DNA of 64,000 nt from Fastidiosipila sp. (GTDB lineage Bacteria; Bacillota; Clostridia; Saccharofermentanales; DTU023). Shown here piece after piece: positions 55,701 to 64,000 of the stretch; positions within the stretch are counted from its first letter, which is position 1; the number at the start of each line of letters is the position of its first letter. The notes beneath the pieces were generated by a model. That model saw only the letters and a list, made by a program, of their open reading frames with translations. It was not told the origin of the DNA and ran no database searches. Location of the stretch: the NCBI GenBank assembly GCA_012837885.1, contig DUQI01000113.1:894-64893 (forward strand), written 5' to 3'. Position numbers and translations under genes: made by a program.

Positions 55701-56385
55701 ACCAGATCTCCAGCGTCTTCAGCGCGTCGGAATGAGCCAGAAACGCTCGCGCATCTTCGGCTTGTTTTTCGAGCGGTCCCAAGCGAAGCGACAGCTCGCC
55801 TAAGATGTCGTCGAGGCGGATCAGGTTCAGATCAGTCTGCTCCAGCTTTTTTAGTGATTCGGCTTTTCGTGTCTTGAATTTCACGATACCGGACGCTTCG
55901 TCGAAGATCTGACGGCGTTCATCGCCTTTCGGCGATAGTATCTGGTCGACCTTTCCCTGTCCGATGATCGAGTAACCGTCTTTACCGATCCCGGTATCCA
56001 TAAATAACGCGATGATGTCTTTTAAGCGGCAGGCGGCGCCGTTAATCTCGTATTCGCTCTCACCGGAGCGGTAATAACGTCGGGTCACGGCGACATCCGA
56101 AAACTCGATCGGCAGACCACCGTCGTGGTTGTCAAAGTAGATCGTGACCTCGGCAAAGCCGAGCGCCCGCTTGCTCTGGGTGCCGGCAAAGACGACGTCG
56201 ACCATACGGCCGGCGCGCAGTTCATTGGTGCTCTGTTCACCCAATACCCAGCGGATCGCGTCCGTGATGTTCGATTTGCCGCTGCCGTTCGGTCCGACGA
56301 TGGCCGTCACGCCCTCGTGGAATTCGATGCGGGTCGGCTCGGAAAATGATTTGAAGCCGACGATGTCTACCGCAGTTAATCGCAT
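52798..56385 (-). CDS. smc: chromosome segregation protein SMC
   Basis: Walker A GPNGSGKSNITDAIRWVLGEQS, long coiled coils, hinge region, signature LSGGERSLTAIALLFA, Walker B CVFDEIESNLD. 1195 aa. Confidence 0.97.
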   Translation of the reverse strand: MRLTAVDIVGFKSFSEPTRIEFHEGVTAIVGPNGSGKSNITDAIRWVLGEQSTNELRAGRMVDVVFAGTQSKRALGFAEVTIYFDNHDGGLPIEFSDVAVTRRYYRSGESEYEINGAACRLKDIIALFMDTGIGKDGYSIIGQGKVDQILSPKGDERRQIFDEASGIVKFKTRKAESLKKLEQTDLNLIRLDDILGELSLRLGPLEKQAEDARAFLAHSDALKTLEIWYVDNQVKNHLESEHQLNDELQAVKTKQKQAETRQAEIRESYEAIGQALASLETETEALRAEHDRLGTERTEVLAEKSRAELSLEHGQARVDTLEQDIRALESLLSTSDGDDEKQKKKRESLERLLVRYEAELAEKREALEQALNEAQEAASKRRALADELDQLRQKRFEAKSELVEIGAEIQTRQRQLEESDALIAGNTGDLSRLSFQLEEWKETHQKLSNEAELAVTRFDEHMASLEAKSQTLQAAERELVTLSAEIKNIDYRSRLLTDLERQGEGYPGVVRRIEKKRREDSAFRDGVRGPLAGLLEVDDGFALAVETALGAAANHIVTENQKIASRWIAWLKETKGGRATFLPIAQMKAWPLDPKVIAKATGKLGFLGSADQFVRAADDLSEIIGRLLGRTLVVDTLDHALSVFNAVDRMVRIVTLDGELLSPGGSISGGHDERTGAGVISRKSELRQLTKKRAAIRQKEEAIEEKIASLRPAIAALENERTVLDQARLEAIKAVDELQHTLDEADKTKQALEKANADAKSRQAVLKSELASIRETEQEVKQSVETVDHKETLLTERLSEDPVDDKTRAAVLDALRADVGDLRVNVTSVEETLRSHDALDEQMRKSREADRARLSEMQRQIETARHTMEETKGRLVSLNEKSEQLAEALHRKQADVRQKTAERQALESKRHEAFSKMETEGEAKGALLAEEEKLEAKKERLQNTIDELKNRLWERYELVQDELKEEDIPELPGMTPTKASREMGTLRSLIRDLGPVNPAAIDELSDVGRRVESLQVQREDMEQARQELETVIADLDQAMKEQFSDGFAKINAAFTQVFRELFNGGDATLELADEDNLLESDIVIRAQPPGKRMQNLNPLSGGERSLTAIALLFAIMRLRPAPFCVFDEIESNLDDANVLRFADYIRKYATETQFVLVTHRKGTMESADRLYGVTMQERGISSILSMQLETAARTH

Positions 56386-56388
56386 CGC

Positions 56389-57138
56389 TTAGAGCAGATC
56401 ATGGAGGGTACAGCCCTCACGCGTGCAACGCAGCACTTTGAGCGCATCGCGCGCCGCATTTTGCTCTGCTTCTTTCTTGCTGTTACCGACGCCTTCGGCG
56501 ACCGTCTGCTCATCGACGATCACGGCGGCCGTGAACACTCTCTCGTGCACCGGCCCGTCCTCGTTGATGATCTCAAAGCGCATCTGACTCGAACCACGCG
56601 TGCTCTGCACCAGCTCCAGCAAACGGCTCTTATAGTCGTAGACGAGATCACCGGCTATGGCCATCTCGAGATAGGGGGTCAATAAAAGGGTTACGACCTC
56701 GGCGACGGCGTGAAACCCGCCGTCCAGGTAGATGGCACCGAATACGGCTTCCATGGCGTTCGCCGTGTTCGACGGTTTTTGTCTGCCGCCGGTGCCGAGT
56801 TCACCTTTGCCCAAAAGCAGATACTCGCCGAGGTTGATCGATTTAGCGACATCGGCCAGTGTCTGTTCGCAGACGACGAGGGCTCTCATCTTCGTCATAT
56901 CGCCTTCTGGAAAACGGGCACGCCGTCGGAAAAGGGCTTCCGAGATGACCAGTTGCAACACGGCATCGCCTAAAAACTCGAGTCGCTCATTGTCGAGCCC
57001 GACTTCAGGATTCTCATAGGCGTACGTCGAGTGCGTCAACGCACGCGTCAGTAAGCTTCGCTCCGTAAACTGATAATGGAGTTGGCGTTCAAGTGTCTTC
57101 ATATCCCTTATATCCGTATCTTCTATTACCTTTTGCAT
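56389..57138 (-). CDS. rnc: ribonuclease III
   Basis: ERLEFLGDAVL signature and a C-terminal dsRBD (GNSKKEAEQNAARDAL). Confidence 0.96.
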   Translation of the reverse strand: MQKVIEDTDIRDMKTLERQLHYQFTERSLLTRALTHSTYAYENPEVGLDNERLEFLGDAVLQLVISEALFRRRARFPEGDMTKMRALVVCEQTLADVAKSINLGEYLLLGKGELGTGGRQKPSNTANAMEAVFGAIYLDGGFHAVAEVVTLLLTPYLEMAIAGDLVYDYKSRLLELVQSTRGSSQMRFEIINEDGPVHERVFTAAVIVDEQTVAEGVGNSKKEAEQNAARDALKVLRCTREGCTLHDLL

Positions 57139-57172
57139 AACTCATTCTAGCGCATCAGGACAAAACGCGCAT

Positions 57173-57197
57173 AAAAAAAGCCTCCTGAAAGAGGCTT
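57173..57197 (-). terminator. intrinsic terminator downstream of acpP
   Basis: The minus strand reads AAGCCUCUUUCAGGAGGCUUUUUUUAU. Confidence 0.75.
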
Positions 57198-57219
57198 TTC
57201 TTCGTTTCGATCGGTTTAA

Positions 57220-57459
57220 TCAGACGTTCGTTTTAATGAAATTGACGGCGTCTCCGACGGTGCGGATGCGCTCGGCCTCTTCGTCCGGAATCGAGATATC
57301 GAATTCCTGCTCCATGGCCATCACAAGTTCGACGATGTCCAGTGAATCGGCGTTAAGATCATCGATGAAATTGGCGTTCATCGTCACATTCTCTTTTTCC
57401 ACACTGAGCTGTTCGATCAGGATCAGCTGCACGCGATCAAAGATTTGTTCGGTTGTCAT
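57220..57459 (-). CDS. acpP: acyl carrier protein
   Basis: Phosphopantetheine site [13 protein letters not shown]; GGAGGAGG RBS. Confidence 0.96.
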   Translation of the reverse strand: MTTEQIFDRVQLILIEQLSVEKENVTMNANFIDDLNADSLDIVELVMAMEQEFDISIPDEEAERIRTVGDAVNFIKTNV

Positions 57460-57497
57460 AGGATTCCTCCTCCCAGTTGCTGTCGGTAGTATACCGC

Positions 57498-57526
57498 ATT
57501 TTGTCCGCCTCTACGGTAAATGTCAA
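57498..57526 (-). promoter_or_regulatory. putative acpP promoter (-35 TTGACA, 17 nt, -10 CAAAAT)
   Basis: The minus strand has TTGACA at 57526-57521 and CAAAAT at 57503-57498. It is embedded in a 9-bp inverted repeat. Confidence 0.35.
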
Positions 57527-57552
57527 GCGCCGGACAAAACCAAGGCTCGTTT

Positions 57553-58152
57553 TCAGGTCGAAGAAGCGCCTTTCAACAAGCCTTTTGTCGCTTGATAATA
57601 GGTCATAAACGACCACACGGTCATGATCAAGGAGATGACCACGAGGACGTTACCGATCGTCTCGATCGTCTTTCTTCCGCCGAAGAGCGAAAACAGAATC
57701 GGTTCGGCCAACAGCCAGTTGAGCGCGATCAGTTGAGTCACGGTCTTTAACTTACCGGGCAGCGCCGCAGCGATCACCTGCCCCCGTTCGGCGGCCAGCA
57801 TACGGATGCCGGAGATCGCAAGCTCTCGCGCCAGCACCAAGACCGGCACGAAGACATGGAGTCGCTGGAGCTGCACAAAGGCGATCAAGACCGAGATGAC
57901 CAGCAATTTGTCGGCGATCGAGTCGAAAAATTTACCGAATGTCGAGATCAGATTCTTTTTTCTCGCGATACGGCCGTCGAAGAGATCGGTCAGGCTCGCC
58001 GCGACAAACAAAACAATCGCGATCAGGCGTCCCGGCCAGGTCAAGACGAAGTCGTTGAAGGCATCCGGCATAAACGGGATCGGTACCAGAAACAACAGGA
58101 TAAACGGAATCAGGACCATCCGCGTTATGGTCAGTTTATTTGGTAGATTCAT
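57553..58152 (-). CDS. pgsA: CDP-diacylglycerol-glycerol-3-phosphate 3-phosphatidyltransferase
   Basis: CDP-alcohol phosphatidyltransferase motif DLFDGRIARKKNLISTFGKFFDSIADK. Confidence 0.93.
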   Translation of the reverse strand: MNLPNKLTITRMVLIPFILLFLVPIPFMPDAFNDFVLTWPGRLIAIVLFVAASLTDLFDGRIARKKNLISTFGKFFDSIADKLLVISVLIAFVQLQRLHVFVPVLVLARELAISGIRMLAAERGQVIAAALPGKLKTVTQLIALNWLLAEPILFSLFGGRKTIETIGNVLVVISLIMTVWSFMTYYQATKGLLKGASST

Positions 58153-59476
58153 TTTTGCACACTCCCACTAATCCTTCGTCATTTTCTTCGACAATATCGA
58201 CTGAGACGAACGTTCCAAGTTCGATATCCGGTGTCTCGGCATAGACCGTAATGATCGGATCGACATCGGGCGCTTCCGACTCGCTGCGTCCATAATAGGA
58301 CAATCCGTCCTCATGTATCCCCTCGAGCAAGACACGTCTCGTCGTACCGATCTGTTCTTTTTGCCAGGCACGCATGCGCGTCTCCTGGTCAGCCATAATC
58401 ATCTCATAGCGTTCTTTCGCGAGTTCAGGATCGATCGCGCCTTTTAAGCGGGCGGCGGCCGTGCCTTCCTCTTCCGAATAGATGAAACAACCGACGCGTT
58501 CGAATTTGGCATGCTCCAAACCGAGTCGAAGCGTCGCGAAATCGCGCGCCGTCTCCCCCGGGAAACCGACCATCACGGTGCTTCTAAGCGTGATCTTCGG
58601 CAAGGCGAGCCGCAGCCGCTTGATCGTCTCAATGATCGAAAACGGCGTCTCTTTACGTCCCATGCGCCGCAGTACGGTCGGACTCATATGTTGAATCGGC
58701 ATATCGAGATAAGGTACCAGATTCTTCGCCCGCTCCATGGCCTCGATCACGTCGTCGGTCAAAAGACTCGCGTTCGCGTAAAGCAGTCTGAACCGATAAT
58801 CATAATCGAGATCATCGAGCGCACGAATCAGGGTGGCAAGGCGCGGTTCGCCGTAAAGATCGCGACCGAATGCGGCGATATCCTGAGCGATCACGATCAG
58901 CTCTTTCCTGCCGGCCGCCAGATGTGCCTTCGCTTCGGTCACGATGTCGCTGATATGCCTCGACCGCTGTCTGCCGCGGATAAACGGGATCGCACAATAG
59001 GTGCAAAATTGATCGCACCCTTCGGCAATCTTCAAGTAGGCGTAGTAGGGACTCGTCGATTCGTGCGGTACGGAAAGATGCGCGATACTGTCGCCCTCGG
59101 CAGGCAACGTCTTTTCCTGTTGCCCTGCCGCAAGCTGGCTGACCCGGTCGGCGATCTGGCCGTACTCATAGATGCCGAGAACGAGATCGACCGCAGGGAA
59201 TTCGTCATAGATATCTTGTCCGTAGCGCTCACTCAGACAGCCGGTGACGATCAGATGGGAAAGATCACCCGACTCTTTCAATGTCTCTAAATCGATGATC
59301 CGGTCAATCGCCTCTTCTTTGGCACTCGTAATGAAACCACACGTATTTAAAATAGCCAGCTCTGCAGACGAGACGTCGGGCACAATGTCGTACCCTCTCT
59401 CTCTCAGCAGCCGGCTCATAATCTCGGCGTCCACCTGATTCTTGGCACAGCCGAGCGTCTCCAAATAAATCCTCAT
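58136..59476 (-). CDS. rimO: ribosomal protein S12 methylthiotransferase RimO (radical SAM MTTase)
   Basis: MRIYLETLGCAKNQVDAE and the radical-SAM motif CDQFCTYCAIPFIRG. ATG at 59476. Confidence 0.85.
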   Translation of the reverse strand: MRIYLETLGCAKNQVDAEIMSRLLRERGYDIVPDVSSAELAILNTCGFITSAKEEAIDRIIDLETLKESGDLSHLIVTGCLSERYGQDIYDEFPAVDLVLGIYEYGQIADRVSQLAAGQQEKTLPAEGDSIAHLSVPHESTSPYYAYLKIAEGCDQFCTYCAIPFIRGRQRSRHISDIVTEAKAHLAAGRKELIVIAQDIAAFGRDLYGEPRLATLIRALDDLDYDYRFRLLYANASLLTDDVIEAMERAKNLVPYLDMPIQHMSPTVLRRMGRKETPFSIIETIKRLRLALPKITLRSTVMVGFPGETARDFATLRLGLEHAKFERVGCFIYSEEEGTAAARLKGAIDPELAKERYEMIMADQETRMRAWQKEQIGTTRRVLLEGIHEDGLSYYGRSESEAPDVDPIITVYAETPDIELGTFVSVDIVEENDEGLVGVCKNESTK

Positions 59477-59512
59477 TGCCCAATTATACCCCACCGAACA
59501 AACGGATCACTT

Positions 59513-59967
59513 TTAGTCATAATCGGTTTCACTTGCCATCAAGCGCGAGACGGTCGCCGCGAGATTCGGATGAAAACCGCGACTGATCAGGCGTTTATAG
59601 ATCGCTTCACGGTCGGCGCCCCGGGGAAACGTCGCGTCGATCAGGGATCGGGCCAGCGCTTCATCGGAATCGAGTTCGTCGATTACGGACCTTGCGACAT
59701 CCGGCGGAACGCCACGCGACAAAAGTAAGGCTGAGAGCATCGCACGGCTTCTTCCCTTTCTGCCCCTGTATTGACTGAGAATATGCTTTGCCGCGCGCTC
59801 GTCATCGAGATAATCGATCGACTGCAGGTAGCTTAAGACGTCGTCGATGACGTCCGCATCAAAGCCGTCTCTGACAAGTTTTTCTTTGATCTTGCCACTC
59901 GTCCGGTGACGACTGATACCGATGTAGGAAACCGCCCGCTCTCTGGCCGCCTGTACGTCCGAGGTCA

Positions 59968-59968
<1 letters not shown>
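59513..59968 (-). CDS. recX: RecX regulatory protein
   Basis: About 150-aa helical-repeat protein immediately downstream of recA. Its start shares 1 nt with the recA stop. Confidence 0.85.
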
Positions 59969-61089
<1,121 letters not shown>

Positions 61090-61119
61090 AAGCCCTCCTG
61101 ACCTTCAGAAAAGTTTACT

Positions 61120-61133
61120 CAAACATTTGTTCT
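61120..61133. promoter_or_regulatory. LexA (Cheo-type) SOS box upstream of recA
   Basis: The minus strand reads AGAACAAATGTTTG (GAAC-N4-GTTT), immediately downstream of the putative -10. Confidence 0.7.
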
Positions 61134-61134
61134 T

Positions 61135-61164
61135 ATTTTATGCTTAAACGTCACATCGCGTCAA
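61135..61164 (-). promoter_or_regulatory. putative recA promoter (-35 TTGACG, 18 nt, -10 TAAAAT)
   Basis: The minus strand has TTGACG at 61164-61159 and TAAAAT at 61140-61135. Confidence 0.5.
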
Positions 61165-61191
61165 GCGCTTTGATCGGACGATCGTCGACGA

Positions 61192-62790
61192 TCAACCGCG
61201 CTTCAGCAGACGCATCACCTGACCACCGAGGAACTCCACTTCCCTCAGTCGGATGGCTTTGGCTGCCAGGATAAATGTGCCGCCGATGATGCCGGCTTCC
61301 AGCATATAGACGAAGAGTTGCATGAACTTGCCTGGCGGGTGCAGTCCCAGCGTGTTCAATGCCATGGCGGCGATCGAAGCGGCCAGCATGCAGAACACGA
61401 GACGCAACATAAACGGCAGTAACCGGTATGGCTTGGCCTGCGGCAGATGACGCCGATAGAGAATCTGCATGACGATCATCTGAAGCAAGGTGTTGACCGT
61501 GTAGGCGAGCGACAGACCGTCGACACCCATACCGAATACGCGTAGGAAGATCGTACAGAATATCGGGTTCAGGATTAACGACATGAGCGAGGTCAACAGT
61601 GCGATCTTTGTAATGCGTCGCGAATAGAATCCGACGTTCGTCATGTAGACGACGGTCATGATCATCAAGGCGAAGCCGTACCACTGCAGCACGTGGCCCG
61701 TGATCTGTAACCGGTCCGGCGGAATCGCTTCTCTCCACTGGAAAATCGCCTGGATCGTCTCTTGGCCTTTGAAAAAGAAAATCACCGAGAACGGTGCGAC
61801 CAGAAACAGCGCGCGACGCAGATTGTACGTATAGAGCGACCGCATCGAACGGTAGTCGCGATTGGCGTTGGCAGCCGATAGAGACGGCAGCATCACGCTG
61901 CCGATCGACAAGGCGAAGATACCGAGCGGCAGATTCCAAGTCACCGCCGCGTGGCGGAGCGATGTGACGGCGCCCGGAAACTGGTCGGCGAAGTGGGTCA
62001 GAACGATCGAGTTGATCTGTGCAACCGAGCCTGAGAGTAAGGTCGGTATAGCGAGCCTGACAAGACGCTTGAATCCTTCATCCTGCAGCCTGATGATCGG
62101 GCGATAGAGTCGAAATTCATTCCGCGAGACGACGAACATGAAGAGAAAATTGATGAACGCCGCCAAGGCGACACCGGCGGCAACTCGGACCGGTCCGGCC
62201 GGCGTCTTGTTACCGAACACGAGGATAAAGATGATGCAGGCGACGTTGTAGATCGTCGAAGAGAATGCGCTTTTCGTGAACTGGCGGTAGGAGTTGACGA
62301 CACCGACACAAAAGCCTGCCATCATCAAAAATAGGGTCTGGGGAAAGATCGTTCGTGTTACCTTGATCGCCAAGGCGACGACTTCCGGTTCATGATTTCG
62401 GCTGTAAAGGCTGATCAGGACCGGCGCGAACGCGATACCGAGTATATTCGCGACGATCATGCCGATCACGAAGACATTGATAAAGATACTGATACTGCGC
62501 CACGTGCGTCGTTCCTGATTGCGCGCGATGCCGCCCGCCAGGGTCGGCGTTAAGACGGCTGCGATCGCACCGCCGATCAGGAGCTGATAGAAGAGATCCG
62601 GAATCTGGAATCCCATCGTGTAGGCGTCGGTATTGACACCGTAACCGAGGACCGGCGCGATGATGACTTCTCTGGCAAACCCCGTAATCTTCGAGGTCAT
62701 CAAGCCGATCATCACAATCAAGGTGGCGCTCGCCGCCGACGGCGCTGCGCGTTTCACACGCTCTGCCGCACTCTCCGGCCGTTCTCTCAT
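61192..62790 (-). CDS. murJ: lipid II flippase MurJ (MviN family)
   Basis: Polytopic MOP-superfamily protein with SKITGFAREVIIAPVLG near the N-terminus. The ATG at 62790 is preceded by GGGAGG at 7 nt and overlaps the cinA stop (ATGA). Confidence 0.88.
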   Translation of the reverse strand: MRERPESAAERVKRAAPSAASATLIVMIGLMTSKITGFAREVIIAPVLGYGVNTDAYTMGFQIPDLFYQLLIGGAIAAVLTPTLAGGIARNQERRTWRSISIFINVFVIGMIVANILGIAFAPVLISLYSRNHEPEVVALAIKVTRTIFPQTLFLMMAGFCVGVVNSYRQFTKSAFSSTIYNVACIIFILVFGNKTPAGPVRVAAGVALAAFINFLFMFVVSRNEFRLYRPIIRLQDEGFKRLVRLAIPTLLSGSVAQINSIVLTHFADQFPGAVTSLRHAAVTWNLPLGIFALSIGSVMLPSLSAANANRDYRSMRSLYTYNLRRALFLVAPFSVIFFFKGQETIQAIFQWREAIPPDRLQITGHVLQWYGFALMIMTVVYMTNVGFYSRRITKIALLTSLMSLILNPIFCTIFLRVFGMGVDGLSLAYTVNTLLQMIVMQILYRRHLPQAKPYRLLPFMLRLVFCMLAASIAAMALNTLGLHPPGKFMQLFVYMLEAGIIGGTFILAAKAIRLREVEFLGGQVMRLLKRG

Positions 62791-64000
62791 CGGATTACCT
62801 CCCAAAGTCTCATCAACGCCTGCAGCACGGCACGTCGCGTGATCGTGCGACGCCCGCCGCCCGTCTTATACTCAAAGACCTCCGTGCCATCCGGTGTGGC
62901 TACTCCGATATAGCAGGTGCCGATTTTCTCGTCTTCATCCCCTTTGCCGGGTCCGGCGAGACCGGTGATCGAGACGGCGAAATCCGAGCCGAAACGCGCC
63001 TTCGCACCGTCGGCCATCTGCTTTGCCACCTGCCAACTGACGGCGCCGTGCTTAGCCAAATCGTCTTTGCTGACACCCAAGTCTCGCCTCTTACTCTCGT
63101 TCGTATAACAGACGACACCGCCCAAAAAGACGTCGGCGCTGCCGGGATGTTTCGTCATCTCCGCCGCTACTCTGCCGCCTGTGATCGACTCCGCTAAAGA
63201 GACCGTCATGTTTTTCTCGCTTAGAATATCCTGAACGACTTTCGGCAGATCGCGGTTACCGATCTCGTAGATGTAAGATCCAAGTCGTTCTTTGATTTTC
63301 TCGATCAACGCCTCGGTCAGATCCTCGCCGTTCCCGTTACGATCGAGACGCTGCGTGACCCGCACGTAGGTCTCACCGGTCGAAGCGTACGTCGCGAGCG
63401 TCGGATTCGTCTGCTGATCGGTCAGATCCTGCAGCTTTTCCGCCGCGGCCGATTCGCCGATACCGACGAGACGCACGAAACGATGGATGAACTTCGTATC
63501 CGAGTGGGCTTCGAGCCACGGCTCGAGCTCACGTTCGAACATCGCCCGCATCTCACGCGGCGGCCCCGGTAAGAGCGCAAGATAAACCGCCCGTCCGTCC
63601 TGCGTGGTTTTTATCAGGGCACCTGGTGCCGTGCCTTCCGGATTTACCAGTACCGTATGGTCAATCGGCAACATCGCCTGTTTTCGGTTATTGTCGGTCG
63701 CCTTGCGACCGAACCGTTCGAAATGCTGTTCGATCTGTCGCCAGGCCGTCTCGGAAAACTGCAGACTTAGGCCGAGCGTGTCGGCCACCACCTGCATCGA
63801 TATGTCATCGTCCGTCGGCCCGAGTCCGCCGGTCAGGATCACCAGATCGGCGCGATTTACGGCCTGCAGAATCGCATCTTTCATGCGCCCCGGATTATCA
63901 CCGACGACCGTCATATGGTAGACGCTGATACCGAGTGCGGAGAGATACAGAGCCAGATCGGTCGCATTCGTATTGATCGTCTGGCCGAGTAAAAGCTCCG
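62787..64000 (-). CDS. cinA: competence/damage-inducible protein CinA (MoCF-binding plus PncC deamidase domains), 5' end beyond the window
   Basis: The frame stays open to nt 64000 (ELLLGQTINTNATDLALYLSALGISVYH...). Motifs LILTGGLGPTDDD and the C-terminal AESITGG. Confidence 0.9.
   Translation of the reverse strand, partial: ELLLGQTINTNATDLALYLSALGISVYHMTVVGDNPGRMKDAILQAVNRADLVILTGGLGPTDDDISMQVVADTLGLSLQFSETAWRQIEQHFERFGRKATDNNRKQAMLPIDHTVLVNPEGTAPGALIKTTQDGRAVYLALLPGPPREMRAMFERELEPWLEAHSDTKFIHRFVRLVGIGESAAAEKLQDLTDQQTNPTLATYASTGETYVRVTQRLDRNGNGEDLTEALIEKIKERLGSYIYEIGNRDLPKVVQDILSEKNMTVSLAESITGGRVAAEMTKHPGSADVFLGGVVCYTNESKRRDLGVSKDDLAKHGAVSWQVAKQMADGAKARFGSDFAVSITGLAGPGKGDEDEKIGTCYIGVATPDGTEVFEYKTGGGRRTITRRAVLQALMRLWEVIR

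Overview
The window reads as a Bacillota (Firmicutes)-type chromosomal segment. It is densely coding and mostly housekeeping. I saw no rRNA, tRNA, CRISPR array, IS element or prophage.

Plus-strand block (1-13.6 kb):
- a 5'-truncated membrane protein and an OsmC-like protein
- a tightly coupled four-gene module: unknown membrane protein, MoxR AAA+ ATPase, DUF58, and a TgpA-like transglutaminase
- miaB-mutS-mutL-miaA-hfq

13.6-33.6 kb:
- lexA, with a Cheo-type SOS box and a divergent unknown membrane protein
- an asd / hydrolase / LacI / DUF2007-like operon
- a Xer-like recombinase, an M18 aminopeptidase, a serine hydrolase and a PHP phosphatase
- nifS-nifU, rarA and glyA
- GntR / cysteine desulfurase / thiI
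- rnhB, rbgA and a PfpI-family protein

Minus-strand backbone (33.6-64 kb): this follows the Bacillus-like order acpP-rnc-smc-ftsY-ylxM-ffh-rpsP-KH-rimM-trmD ... rplS-rbgA-rnhB. Upstream of it lie cinA-murJ-recA-recX-rimO-pgsA. The backbone is interrupted twice:
- An opposite-strand ATP-grasp ligase sits between ftsY and ylxM.
- About 12.9 kb is inserted between trmD and rplS.

The trmD-rplS insertion holds the most interesting content:
- two tandem paralogous secreted proteins with a transglutaminase-fold core and G5-like modules; the first starts 3 nt after the trmD stop
- a small secreted protein
- an orphan MBOAT / DHHW (AlgI/AlgJ-like) O-acyltransferase pair with no DltA or DltC
- a PyrR-attenuated pyr operon, pyrR-B-C-F-K-D, ending in a divergent long PyrE-like gene

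All functional calls come from motif recognition by eye in the supplied translations. No database search or HMM scan was possible.
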